Shown: positions 19,246 to 29,311 of the stretch, piece after piece | Numbering within the stretch: the first letter of the stretch is position 1 | How the letters are laid out: every line of letters starts with the position of its first letter | DNA from: Candidatus Eiseniibacteriota bacterium | GTDB taxonomy: Bacteria; Eisenbacteria; RBG-16-71-46 | DNA length: 48,017 nucleotides | Direction of reading: 5' to 3' | Assembly (NCBI GenBank): GCA_031364845.1 | Contig: JANLWX010000032.1 | Location: forward strand, 1-48,017 | Translations under genes and position numbers: made by a program | Notes under the pieces: model-generated | The model's database searches: none | What the model was told of the DNA's origin: nothing | What the model saw: only the letters and a program-made list of their open reading frames with translations

Positions 19246-19532
19246 AAGGCTGAGACGGGGACGAGTACGCGCGCGCAGGGTATGAGCGAGCCGGGGACGG
19301 TGCGAGCCCGGTACCACCACGCACGCCGAAGATCACCCCCGAGCCGCCGACCGAACCGGCGAGACATGCTGACGCCGCAGTAGGATCGGACGGACGCCCG
19401 CCGACACCGGGCACAAGAGCCGTCCACCGCAGGCTCACCGAGGCTCCGTTCGCGAGACCGGAGCAAAGTTGGGTGGTACCGCGATCTCGATCGCCCCAAC
19501 GGTGCACGTCACCGTGGGGCGTTTTTGTTTTT
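19246..19532 (+). promoter_or_regulatory. T-box riboswitch (Ile, AUC specifier), transcriptional type, upstream of ileS
   Basis: Stem I with AGTA loop E, GAGCGAG and GGTG boxes, and GAAG-ATC-A specifier (19332-19334). Antiterminator GTTGGG-TGGTACC-GCGAT-CTCG-ATCGC-CCCAAC. Terminator CGCCCCAACGGTG..CACCGTGGGGCG followed by TTTTTGTTTTT. Possible promoter TTGAAT-N18-TACGGT at 19208-19237. Confidence 0.93.
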
Positions 19533-19567
19533 CCGGTTTCACGTTTTTCTGCAGGTGGAGGTCGTAC

Positions 19568-22404
19568 GTGGCGGGTTATCGCGACACGCTGAATCTTCCG
19601 AAGACCGATTTCTCGATGAAGGCCGACCTCACGCGCCGCGAGCCCGAACGTCTCGCGTGGTGGCAGGAACGCGACCTCTACGCGAAACTGCGCGCCGCGC
19701 GCGCGGGTGCACCGGTGTGGCTGCTGCACGACGGCCCGCCCTATTCCAACAACCATCTTCACATGGGCACCGCGGCCAACAAGATCTGGAAGGACGCCGC
19801 CGTGCGCGTCGCCTCGCTGATGGGGAACGATTCGCCCTACGTGCCCGGCTGGGACAATCACGGCATGCCGATCGAAGTGCAGGTGGGCAAGGAACTGCGG
19901 GCGACCGAACCCAATGCGGACCGGCTCACGTTGAGGCGGCGGTGTCGCGAGTACGCGGCCAAGTGGGTGGCGATCCAGCGAGAGGAATTCGAGCGGCTCG
20001 GCGTATGGGGCGACTGGCAGCGTCCCTACCTCACGATGGACTCGAACTTCGAGGCCTCGATCGTCGAGACGTTCGCGGGGCTCGCGGCCAAAGGCTTCGT
20101 TCAGCGCGGCCTGCGCTCGATCCACTGGTGCCCCACCGATCGCACGGCGCTCGCCGAGGCCGAGATCGAGTATCAGGACGACGCGTCGCCATCGATCTAT
20201 GTCACGTTCCCGCTGCGCACGGATTCAACGGGCCGGCTCACGCGCCACGCAGACCTTGCCGCCATCGCATGGACCACGACGCCGTGGACGTTGCCCGTAA
20301 CCTCGGCCTCATGGTCGACCCCGCCGCGACGTACGTCGTGATCGCCGCCGGGGCACGCCACTTCATCGTGGCGGAACCGCGCCTGGAGTCGATGAGGGCG
20401 ATCGCCCTGTGGGCGGACGCCACGGTCGTCGAGCGCATTCCCGGCAGCGATCTGGTCGGAACCATTTTCGAAGGACCGTGGGGCGGTGACTCGCGGGTCG
20501 TCGATGGCTCGCCGTTCGTGAGCATGGAGGACGGCACCGGCCTCGTTCACACCGCCCCGGGCCACGGCAAGGAGGACTTCCAGGTCGGCCAGCGCGCGGG
20601 ACTCGGCGTGCTGTGCCCGGTCGATGCGGCGGGCAGGTTCATGGCGGGCGCCGAGCCGTTCGTGGGGCGCAGCGTGCTCGAGGTGAACGACGACATCATC
20701 GCGTGGCTGAAAGAACGCGGCCGGCTGCTGGCCGCGAGTTCGTTCACGCATCCCTACCCCCACTGCTGGCGCTGCCGGCAGCCGGTGATCTTCCGCGCCA
20801 CCGACCAGTGGTTCATGATCATCGATCATGCGGGCCATCGCGACCGGGTGCTCGAGCAGATCGAGACCGCCGTGCGGTGGGATCCGCCGTCGTCGCGCAA
20901 TCGCATCCGCGAGTCCGTTCGCGTGCGCCCCGACTGGTGCCTCTCGCGCCAGCGCGCGTGGGGCGTGGGCATCCCCGCGCTCTACTGCGAAGCGTGCGAT
21001 GCGGCACTGCTCGACCCGGCCGTCATGAAGCGCGCCGCCGACGTCACCCGCGCCGAAGGTTCGGATGCGTGGTACGAACGACCGGCCGAGCACTTCGTGC
21101 CCCAGGGATTCACGTGCACCGCGTGCGGCAAGCCGGGCCCGTTCCGCAAGGAGACCGACATTCTCGATGTGTGGTTCGACTCCGGAACCACCCATCGCGG
21201 CGCGCGCCTCATGCACCCGGAACTCGATGCGATCTGGCGCCGTGCCGAGCAGGACGGCGGCCGCATCGCCTACTTCGAGGGTCCGGACCAGCATCGCGGC
21301 TGGTTCAACTCGTCGCTGATGGTCGGCGTCGGACTCACCGGCAAGCCGCCCTACACCGACGTGATGACGCACGGCTGGGTGCTCGACCCGCAGGGCCGCG
21401 CGATGCACAAGTCACTCGGCAACGTCGTGCTGCCGAACGATGTGATCAAGAAGTACGGCGCCGAAGTCGTGCGCTGGTGGGCGCTCGCCACCGACTGGCG
21501 CAGCGACGTGCGCGTCGGTGACGAGATCCTCACTCGGATCTCTGAGGCCTATCGCAAGGTTCGCAATACGTTCCGGTTCGCGCTCGGCAACCTCAACGAC
21601 TTCGGACCCTTGGACGTGCTGCCCGCGGCACAACTCACGGCGATCGATCGCGCGTTCGCGGATCATCTCGCCGCGCGTGTGCGCCAACTCGGCCGCGACT
21701 GGGAGTCGCTCACCTTCCACCGCGCGCTCGATGGCCTGCTCCAGATCTGCACGGTCGATCTGTCGGCGGTGTTCCTCGATGTGTCGAAGGACCGCCTCTA
21801 CACGCTCGGCGCCTCCGATCCCGCGCGCCGCTCGGCGCAGACCGTGCTGTGGCACGCGCTGCACGACCTCGCGATCGCGGCCTCGCCGGCGCTCGCCTTC
21901 ACCGCGGAAGAGGTGTGGCAGGCGCATCCCGGGCTGCTCGCGGAAGCCGAGAGTGTGCACCTCGCGCGCTGGCCTTCGCCGGCGGAAGCCGGCGACAGCG
22001 GCGAAGCGTGGACTTTCCTGCTCGGGATCCGCGATGCGGTGAACTCGGCGATCGAGCCCCGACGCGCCACCAAAGAACTCGCGACCACCGCCGAGGCGGA
22101 CGTCACACTCCGCGTGACGCCGGAGGTGGCGAAGCGGCTCGCCGGCTATGCGGACGAACTCGCGGGGTTCCTGATCGTCGCGGGCGTCACGGTGATCGAG
22201 GATGCGACCGCGGCCGAGCCCCAAGTCGAAGTGCGCCGCACGGAATGGAACAAGTGCGAGCGGGGCTGGACCTTCCGCGCGGATGTCCAGCCCGGAACCG
22301 ATGGAGCGATGTTGTGCGGCCGCTGCCGCGAGGTGATCGAAACGCTCGCCCGTGAAGCGAACGCTACAGACGCATCTCCGACTGGCGCGGATAGCGGCGC
22401 TTGA
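19568..22404 (+). CDS. ileS: Isoleucine--tRNA ligase (type 1) with a single-base frameshift at ~20297
   Basis: GTG 19568 with GGAGGT RBS. One frame gives YRDTLNLPKTDFSMKA, LHDGPPY, GWDNHG, WTTTPWTLP. The -1 frame continues NLGLMV, GTGLVHTAPGHG, YPHCWR, DWCLSRQR.WG, DVWFDSG, DQHRGWF, MHKSLGN and a C-terminal Zn-finger. Confidence 0.95.
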
Positions 22405-23023
22405 GTTCCTGCACCAGCTGACGGAACGCCGGCGTCTCTCCCTGGAGAGGCACCGTGTCGGTGTCGATCTCGAGCACTTCGTACTGGGAGCGCGCGCGGC
22501 GCATCCAGTCGTCGTAGGCGTGGTTGAGCCTCGCGATGTAGTCGATCGTGATCGTCTGCTCGCTGTTGCGGCCCCGCTTGGCGATGCGCCGCATCAGCTC
22601 GGCCGGGCTCGCGCGCAGATAGAGGATCACGTCGGGCTTGCGCAGATAGCCCATCAGCACGTGGAACAGCGCGACGTAGTTCTCGTAGTCGACGTCGGTC
22701 ATCGAGCCCTGTTCGTGCAATGTGCGTGCGAAGATCTCGGCGTCCTCGTAGATCGTTCGATCCTGGATGAACGGCTGGTTCCCGCGCCCGATGTCGACCT
22801 GCGCCTTGAAGCGCTCGCTCAGGAAATAGATCTGCAGATGGAAACTCCACCGCGACATGTTGTCGTAGAACGCGTCGAGGTAGGGATTCTGGATCACGGG
22901 TTCGAAGTACGCCGGCCAGCCGAGCTCCTCGCTGAGCCGCAGCGTGAGCTCGGTCTTGCCGACGCCGATGTTGCCGGCCACGGCCAGGAAGTATCCCGAA
23001 GGCGACGAAGGCGTGGCTTCCAT
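22364..23023 (-). CDS. Deoxynucleoside kinase (dNK family)
   Basis: AGNIGVGKT P-loop; NPYL..FY; QDRTIYED; PDVILYL; RIAKRGR lid. Confidence 0.92.
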   Translation of the reverse strand: MEATPSSPSGYFLAVAGNIGVGKTELTLRLSEELGWPAYFEPVIQNPYLDAFYDNMSRWSFHLQIYFLSERFKAQVDIGRGNQPFIQDRTIYEDAEIFARTLHEQGSMTDVDYENYVALFHVLMGYLRKPDVILYLRASPAELMRRIAKRGRNSEQTITIDYIARLNHAYDDWMRRARSQYEVLEIDTDTVPLQGETPAFRQLVQELKRRYPRQSEMRL

Positions 23024-23122
23024 GTCAGGTGAGCGAGGAACAGATCGTGAGCGCCGCCGCCCACGCGCGCTGAAGTGCGCCGCCGCGTCTTCGCACGACC
23101 GGTGCCGCGGCAGGGAACGCGA

Positions 23123-24514
23123 TCACGCCTCGTCCTCGACCGCCGTGGAACCCGGACGCCGGAAACGCGTCGCGTCGATGCTGTGCTTGCGCAGAAGATC
23201 GTGGAACGTCGGGCGGCTCACGTCGATCTCGCGCGCGGCGCGCGTGATGTTGCCCGCGTTGCGCACCAGTGCTTCGAGCAGCGTCTCCTTCTCGGCGACC
23301 TCGCGCGCATCCTGCAGCGTGCGCGACGACAGCGGGCGCTCGACGCCGAGCTCGAGATCCTCGGGCCGCAGATACGCGTCCTGCGCCAGGATCACCGCGC
23401 GCTGCACGCGATTCTCGAGCTCGCGCACGTTGCCCGGCCACGGGTGCGCGATCAACGCGCGCCGCGCCGATTGCGTGAAGCCGCGAATGCGCCGCTTGTG
23501 GTGCTGGGCATAGAACTCGAGGAAGTAGTCCGCCAAAACGCCGACATCCTCGCCGCGATCCCGCAGCGGCGGAGCTGTGATCGTCACGACGCTCAAGCGG
23601 TAGAACAGATCCTCGCGGAACGCGCCGTTCGCCATCGCGGCCACGAGATCGCGGTTGGTGGCGGCGACCACGCGGACATCCACGTGCTGCGACTCGCGTC
23701 CGCCGATGCGCTCGACGCGGTGATCTTGAAGGAAGCGCAGCAGCTTGACCTGCACGTGCAGCGGAAGATCGCCGATCTCATCGAGGAACACCGTGCCCCC
23801 CGCGGCCAACTCGAGCTTGCCTTCACGCATCCGGTGGGCATCGGTGAACGCGCCGCGCTCGTGGCCGAACAACTCGCTCTCGATCAGCGTCTCGGGAATC
23901 GCACCGCAGTGGATCGGAACGAACGGCTTGTTGCGCCGCGGACTCGCCTCGTGGATCGCGTTCGAGACCAGTTCCTTGCCGGTGCCGTTCTCGCCCATCA
24001 CCAGCACCGCCGCATCGGTCGGAGCCACGCGCTGGATGAGCGCGAACACCTTCTGCATGGATTCGGACTCGCCGATCAGCTTGTGATAGCGCTTGCGGCC
24101 CGCGGCGGGAACCAGATCCTCCGCCTGCTCGATCGCCCGCACGTGGAGCGCGCGCTTCAAGATGAAGCGCAGCTCCTCGAGTTCGATCGGCTTCCCGTAC
24201 CAGTCGACGGCACCACGTTTGAGGGCGAGGAGTGCGTTCTCGCGGTGCGTGTTTCCCGTCACCATGATGACCTTGGTGTGCGGGTGCTGGTCGACGATCT
24301 CGTCGAGCAGCTCGAGCCCTTCTTCACCCGGCCGCCCCTGCCCTCCCAGCGCCACATCGAGCGTCACGAGGCTCGGCCGCTCGGTGCGCAACACCCGGCG
24401 CGCGGACTCGGCGTCGGCGGCGGTGATGATCTCGTAGTCCTCTCCGAGCCCCCAGCTCAGCTGGTTGCGGATCGATTCCTCGTCATCGACGATCAGGATC
24501 TTTTCGCGGCTCAT
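23123..24514 (-). CDS. prsR: PEP-CTERM-box sigma54-dependent response regulator (REC-AAA+-HTH)
   Basis: KILIVDDE..IRNQLSWG; GENGTGKE; ESELFGHERGAFTDA; WPGNVRELEN; Fis-type HTH; ATGA-coupled to prsK. Confidence 0.88.
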   Translation of the reverse strand: MSREKILIVDDEESIRNQLSWGLGEDYEIITAADAESARRVLRTERPSLVTLDVALGGQGRPGEEGLELLDEIVDQHPHTKVIMVTGNTHRENALLALKRGAVDWYGKPIELEELRFILKRALHVRAIEQAEDLVPAAGRKRYHKLIGESESMQKVFALIQRVAPTDAAVLVMGENGTGKELVSNAIHEASPRRNKPFVPIHCGAIPETLIESELFGHERGAFTDAHRMREGKLELAAGGTVFLDEIGDLPLHVQVKLLRFLQDHRVERIGGRESQHVDVRVVAATNRDLVAAMANGAFREDLFYRLSVVTITAPPLRDRGEDVGVLADYFLEFYAQHHKRRIRGFTQSARRALIAHPWPGNVRELENRVQRAVILAQDAYLRPEDLELGVERPLSSRTLQDAREVAEKETLLEALVRNAGNITRAAREIDVSRPTFHDLLRKHSIDATRFRRPGSTAVEDEA

Positions 24515-26670
24515 GAGCTCTCTCCAGGCTGCGTGGCGATTGGCAGCCGTACCGTGAACGTCGTCCCCTGACCGGGACGGCTGTCCACCGTGATGCCTCC
24601 CCCGTGCGCCTCCACGATGCTCTTGCACTGGACGAGGCCGATACCGAGGCCCGCCGATTTCGTGCTCGAGAACGGGCGAAACAGGGACGTTCGCACGAAA
24701 TCCTCGCTCATTCCGAGGCCCGTGTCACGCACGACGATGCTCAGGGTTTCGGAAGACTGAACGCCGTTGCGCTCCAGTGCCGCGTCCAGCTCGATCGAGC
24801 CCGTGGTGCCTATCGCCTCACGCGCATTGGTGAGCAGATTGGAGACCACGCGCAGCATCTGGGCGCGGTCGAGCGCCACCGGCTGGTCGACCCCGCACTC
24901 CATTTGAAACGCGATACCGTCACGCCCGGCCAGTGTGAGCCCCGCCGCGCTCGCCGCCTCGCTGAGCAGGTCCGACATCACGACCGGCTGGCGCGTGATG
25001 TCCGGCGCGCGAACGACGCTCGCGACCTGGTTCATCAGCTCGCGCAGATTGGCGACCGTTCGCTCGACGACCGCGAGCGCATCGCGCTGGAACTCGGGAT
25101 TCGCGAGGTGACGCCGCGCATTCTCGACCACCAGCGACAGTCCCGAAATGTGATTCTTGATGTCGTGCAGCACGTGGGTCGAGAGCCGGTCGAGTGACTC
25201 GAACTGGCGCGCCTCGGCCAGCAACGTCGCCTGGCGCGCAAATCCGAGTGCCGCCGCGAGCTGGCGCGCCATGGTCGCGAGGAAGTCGACGTCCTCGGTC
25301 GAATACTCTTCGTCGCTGCGCTTGTTCGAGAGCCACAGAAGTCCGAGCACGTCGTCGCCGATCATCAGGGGGGCGACCACCGCGGCGTCGAGCGCTGTCA
25401 TCGCCGCGCGGTTCTCGGCGCCGACCGGAATCAGCTCGAGATCGCGCGACACCTCGCGGAACGGAAGCGGCTCGCGCTCGCGCTCGAAATGCTTGATGAG
25501 TGGATTCTCGGGATCGATGGTCGCCGGCATCGCCGTCGGACCGTGCAGGCGGCGGAACAGACCGCCCGCTTCCGAGCGCATGTACACCGCGGCCCGCTCC
25601 GCGTCGAACACCAGCCGCACCAGCGATTCGATCTGCCGGCAGATGTCCTCGGGACGCGCGGTCGGCGTGATCGAGCTGCTCACGCGCTCCCACTCGCGGC
25701 GATAGTCGTAGCGGTTGGCGTAGAAATTCCGGTCGATGAACCGCTTCACCGAGCGGTTGGCGCGCGGACTGAACGTGAGCAGCAGTCCGCCGCCGCCCGC
25801 GAGCAGATAGAACGCGAGGCTCACCATGCGCTTCCATTCGGGCGACAGCACCGGAAGCACGCGCGACAGCACCGCCATCGTGAGCAGGAACGCGCCCGCG
25901 AGCGTGAGCGACACCGACGAGTAGTAGATCACCGGCCGCGCCATCGGCACGCTCAAATCCGACAGCCGCCGGCGCGCGAGCGCCAGCGCCGTGACGACGC
26001 CCGAAACGAACATCGGAGCCGCGCACGCCACGAGCCACGACACGCGAATCCCGTTGTAGAGCAGGCCGCCCGAGATCACGAGCAGGTTGGCGAGAATGCC
26101 GACCAGGAACGCGACGAACATCGGACGCAACCGGCGCTGCGAACTCGCGGGAGCCGCGCGCAGCATGCGCTCGAGGTTCATCAGCACGGCGACCAGCACC
26201 ACCACGAGATACGTGAGGTAGATCTTGCCCATCGTGCCGAGCACGATGACCGCATCACCGCCAAGGCCGTCGACCTGCTGGACGACGTGCGGCGAACCTG
26301 CGGCGAAGCTCATCCCGACACACCCCGCGAGCCCGAGCGTGAGGTAGGCGGCTGCGCTGCGGATCAGGCTCCACGGATCGTTGCGCGCCAGCACGACGCT
26401 CAGGCACAGCCACAGCCACGAGGCGAGCGCCGAGGTCCGCGCGAGGTAGATCGCCCAGGTACGGGCAGCACCTGGCGAGTCGGCGTTCAGGATGCCGAGG
26501 GTTCCGGCCTGAAACGCCGCCATCGACAGGAAGGCCGCCGAGAAGATGAGCGTGGTGAGCCAGTGGCCCCGCCTTAGCGACACGAGCAGGCCGATGACGG
26601 CCGCGAGCATCGCGCTGGCGAGGACGATGCTCACCTGGACTGGGGAGGCGTTGAGTTCCACGGACCGCAT
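24511..26670 (-). CDS. prsK: PEP-CTERM system histidine kinase (multi-TM, GAF, HisKA, HATPase)
   Basis: About 8 TM helices; FIDRNFYANRYDYRREW; GAF domain; HDIKN...LSL..ENA.RH..NPEF..D; DTGLGMS.DF...LFRPF; GLGIGL. Confidence 0.88.
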   Translation of the reverse strand: MRSVELNASPVQVSIVLASAMLAAVIGLLVSLRRGHWLTTLIFSAAFLSMAAFQAGTLGILNADSPGAARTWAIYLARTSALASWLWLCLSVVLARNDPWSLIRSAAAYLTLGLAGCVGMSFAAGSPHVVQQVDGLGGDAVIVLGTMGKIYLTYLVVVLVAVLMNLERMLRAAPASSQRRLRPMFVAFLVGILANLLVISGGLLYNGIRVSWLVACAAPMFVSGVVTALALARRRLSDLSVPMARPVIYYSSVSLTLAGAFLLTMAVLSRVLPVLSPEWKRMVSLAFYLLAGGGGLLLTFSPRANRSVKRFIDRNFYANRYDYRREWERVSSSITPTARPEDICRQIESLVRLVFDAERAAVYMRSEAGGLFRRLHGPTAMPATIDPENPLIKHFEREREPLPFREVSRDLELIPVGAENRAAMTALDAAVVAPLMIGDDVLGLLWLSNKRSDEEYSTEDVDFLATMARQLAAALGFARQATLLAEARQFESLDRLSTHVLHDIKNHISGLSLVVENARRHLANPEFQRDALAVVERTVANLRELMNQVASVVRAPDITRQPVVMSDLLSEAASAAGLTLAGRDGIAFQMECGVDQPVALDRAQMLRVVSNLLTNAREAIGTTGSIELDAALERNGVQSSETLSIVVRDTGLGMSEDFVRTSLFRPFSSTKSAGLGIGLVQCKSIVEAHGGGITVDSRPGQGTTFTVRLPIATQPGESS

Positions 26671-26732
26671 CGTGCGTGGAACGGCCGGTTATTTCAAGCC
26701 GGGCAGAGATATGGCCTTGCGGGGCCGGTCTA

Positions 26733-27560
26733 TCACACCCCGACCACGAACATTTGCCGGCGACCGAGATAGCGGCCCAGCATGCGGCGGCGCTGGAGCG
26801 GAGCGGCAAGCCCCTCGTAGAGCGCATCCGGGAAGCCGCTCGCCCAGTCCCACATCAACTCATGATGGATGACCCGGAAGCCCCGCTCCTCGAACATCTT
26901 TCGCAGCATCCACGGCGGGTAGGATCCGAGCGCTTTGCGGTTCGCGCGATGGTCTCCGTTGACGACGTCCGCGACCAGCACACCACCCGGCGTGAGACGT
27001 TTGCGTGCCTCATCGATGAACGCCTGCATGGGATGCAGGTGCCACAGCACGTCGTCGACCCAGATCGCGTCGTAGCGTCGGCTCCATGGGCGCATGAGGT
27101 CGGCGCGCTCATAGCGAAGATCGAGCGCCTCACCGGTGTCTTCGGCGTAGAACTCGAGCCGGCGCGCGGCCGTGTCGAGCCGGTCGGCTCCGGCCTCGGT
27201 GCCGACCACCCCCGCACCCATGGCTGAGAACAGCATCGAGTGCGAGCCGAATCCCGCCCCCGCGTCGAGCACCTGCGGCGACATCCCGCGCAGCGCGAAT
27301 TGCTCCGAGCGCTCGGCGATCCAGCGCGACATCCAGCCCGCAGGACCTCGCCACAGGGCGCGAATGTGCCGGTCGCACTCGGCGCCGCGCGCGGGCGGCA
27401 CGAGCAACCCGTCGCGCACAAACAGCGCGCGCTCGGCCTCTGAGAGGAATGCGGCGCAACGCGGAAGTTCGCGGTCGAGCGTCCAGTGCACGAATCGATC
27501 GAACCGTTCGCGAGGCTCCAGAACTTCGGACTCGGTGAGAATGGGGGCGATGACACTCAT
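26733..27560 (-). CDS. Class I SAM-dependent methyltransferase
   Basis: VLDAGAGFG motif I; YDAI; LTPGGVL; ATG 27560 with AGGAG RBS. Confidence 0.85.
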   Translation of the reverse strand: MSVIAPILTESEVLEPRERFDRFVHWTLDRELPRCAAFLSEAERALFVRDGLLVPPARGAECDRHIRALWRGPAGWMSRWIAERSEQFALRGMSPQVLDAGAGFGSHSMLFSAMGAGVVGTEAGADRLDTAARRLEFYAEDTGEALDLRYERADLMRPWSRRYDAIWVDDVLWHLHPMQAFIDEARKRLTPGGVLVADVVNGDHRANRKALGSYPPWMLRKMFEERGFRVIHHELMWDWASGFPDALYEGLAAPLQRRRMLGRYLGRRQMFVVGV

Positions 27561-27636
27561 GTGCGAACTCCTGTCGTGCGACGAATGGAAGCTCGTGGCG
27601 CGGTCGCGTCTTCGCGTCGGCATCGCCATCGGTGGT

Positions 27637-28815
27637 TCACCACTGATCATCCGAGACATCGGACCAGCCCGAGGTTCCGGCGCGCGCGCGGCGCGCTCCG
27701 GCCTCGCGGGCGGCTGAAATCTCGGCGCGGTAGCAGCGTTCGGTTTCCGTGACCATGCGTTCGGCGGTGAATCCGCTCGCCCAGCGATCGCGCGCTTTCG
27801 ACGCGAACGCGCGGGCTTTGGGCCGGTCGCTCAGCATGTGCAGCAGCGCATCCGCCGTGGCTGCGGGATCGTTCGGCGGCACGAGCCATCCGGTCTCGCC
27901 ATCGGCGATCGCCTCGGGCGTGCCGCCGATCCGCGTGGCGACCGCCGGGCATCCGGCTCGCATCGCTTCGAGCAGCGGAATCGAAAGCCCTTCGCGCACG
28001 GAGGTGAGCGCGAACACGTCGGCCGCTTCCATGAGGGCGGGCAGGTCGTCACGGGCTCCCAGGAAACGGACCCGCTCCGCCAATCCGAGGTCCTGCACCT
28101 GACGCTCGAGAGCTTCGCGGCGCGGACCTTCACCCTCGATGAACAATCGTGCTCCGCTCGAACGACGGGCCAGGCGTCCGAACGCCTCGATCAGCACGTG
28201 CTGCGACTGCGCTGCGATCAGGCGGCCGGCGGTGAGCACCATGCTGTCGCTCTCGAGCAACCCCATCTCCGCCCGCACCACCGAGCGACCGCGCGATCCC
28301 GATCGGGTCGGCACTCCGCTGCGCACGGTCGTGAAACGGTCCGCCGCTCCCGGCATTCGCACGGCATGCGAGAGACGAACCGCTTCGCACACGCACAGCA
28401 CCCGCGTCGTGAACCGCAACACCAGCGCATCCATCGCCGCGTCGAATTCGGACATGCGCCCCGGGTAGTGCACCGCATACTCGGTCCGCACGATCACCGG
28501 CACGCGCGCCCATACACCTGCCAGCGTGGCGAGACGCGCCGACCGATCGTCATGCGCATTCACCACCGTGACCCGCTCGCGCCGCATCAACCCCACCAAC
28601 TCCCGCCAGGCCCCCAGGCCCGCCAGGAAGCGCCTGTCCCCCGCGATTGCAAACGTACGCGCCCCGGCCGTCGCCGCCTGCTCGAGCGCGATGCCGCCCG
28701 CATCGAGCACCACCACGAGATGCTCGACGCCGGCGCCCGCGAGCCGGACATGCTCGACGATCATGGCCCCCTTGCCACCCCGTTCCATCGTCTCGACGAC
28801 ATGGAGAACGCGCAC
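27637..28815 (-). CDS. Glycosyltransferase family 4
   Basis: RVLHVV...GG; DVFALTS..EGL...LEAM..G.P.VAT..GG.PE (EX7E). Start is GTG 28815 with GGAG RBS, or up to 28881. Confidence 0.88.
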   Translation of the reverse strand: MRVLHVVETMERGGKGAMIVEHVRLAGAGVEHLVVVLDAGGIALEQAATAGARTFAIAGDRRFLAGLGAWRELVGLMRRERVTVVNAHDDRSARLATLAGVWARVPVIVRTEYAVHYPGRMSEFDAAMDALVLRFTTRVLCVCEAVRLSHAVRMPGAADRFTTVRSGVPTRSGSRGRSVVRAEMGLLESDSMVLTAGRLIAAQSQHVLIEAFGRLARRSSGARLFIEGEGPRREALERQVQDLGLAERVRFLGARDDLPALMEAADVFALTSVREGLSIPLLEAMRAGCPAVATRIGGTPEAIADGETGWLVPPNDPAATADALLHMLSDRPKARAFASKARDRWASGFTAERMVTETERCYRAEISAAREAGARRARAGTSGWSDVSDDQW

Positions 28816-29013
28816 GCGGATTCGCTCCAGAACAGGAAGGCCACGGAACATCCGAAGCCCGAACCAAAAGGCTCGGGACACCCTGGAGTTATCGGCGCAT
28901 CGCGCGCCGAAGCTGACGCCGAACCCGACCGCAGCCGGAGTTCAAGCGCTGAAAAAGCCCCTTTTAGGGAAACCACCCAACGGCACGCGCGAGGCAGGCA
29001 TGAAACGACGGAT

Positions 29014-29279
29014 GGTTTCGCGCGGAAGGCGCCCCTGAGCGGGGTTCTGCGGCGAGGCGACCGCGCAGTCAGCATTCGCGAGGGAGACGCGAGGAGTGGT
29101 TCCCCGCGGACGGCGCCCCTGATCGGGGTTCTGCGGCGAGGCGACCGCGCAGCGACGCTCCCGCGACAGAGGCAGCCAGGGATGGCTGCCGACAGAGCCG
29201 GGGGAGCGGAGCGCGACAGGATGTCGCGCGCAGCGGGCGGCGCGGAGCGGTTGTCTCGCCGCAGAACCCCGATCAGGGG
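29014..29279. repeat. Palindromic MITE/REP-like intergenic element with a duplicated arm
   Basis: ~55-bp direct repeats at 29014-29068 and 29098-29152; inverted copy at ~29242-29279; internal hairpins GGCAGCCA-GGGA-TGGCTGCC and GCGCGACA-GGA-TGTCGCGC. Confidence 0.8.
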
Positions 29280-29311
29280 AGATGGATCAAGCCAACGATC
29301 AGACGCTGAAC

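Noticed and set aside
20285..20345. Programmed -1 frameshift in ileS
   Set aside because: No X XXY YYZ slippery site, and the break falls in a conserved motif, which fits a lost base better.
29014..29152. Direct repeats as a mini CRISPR array
   Set aside because: Only two ~55-bp direct copies plus an inverted copy; no cas genes.
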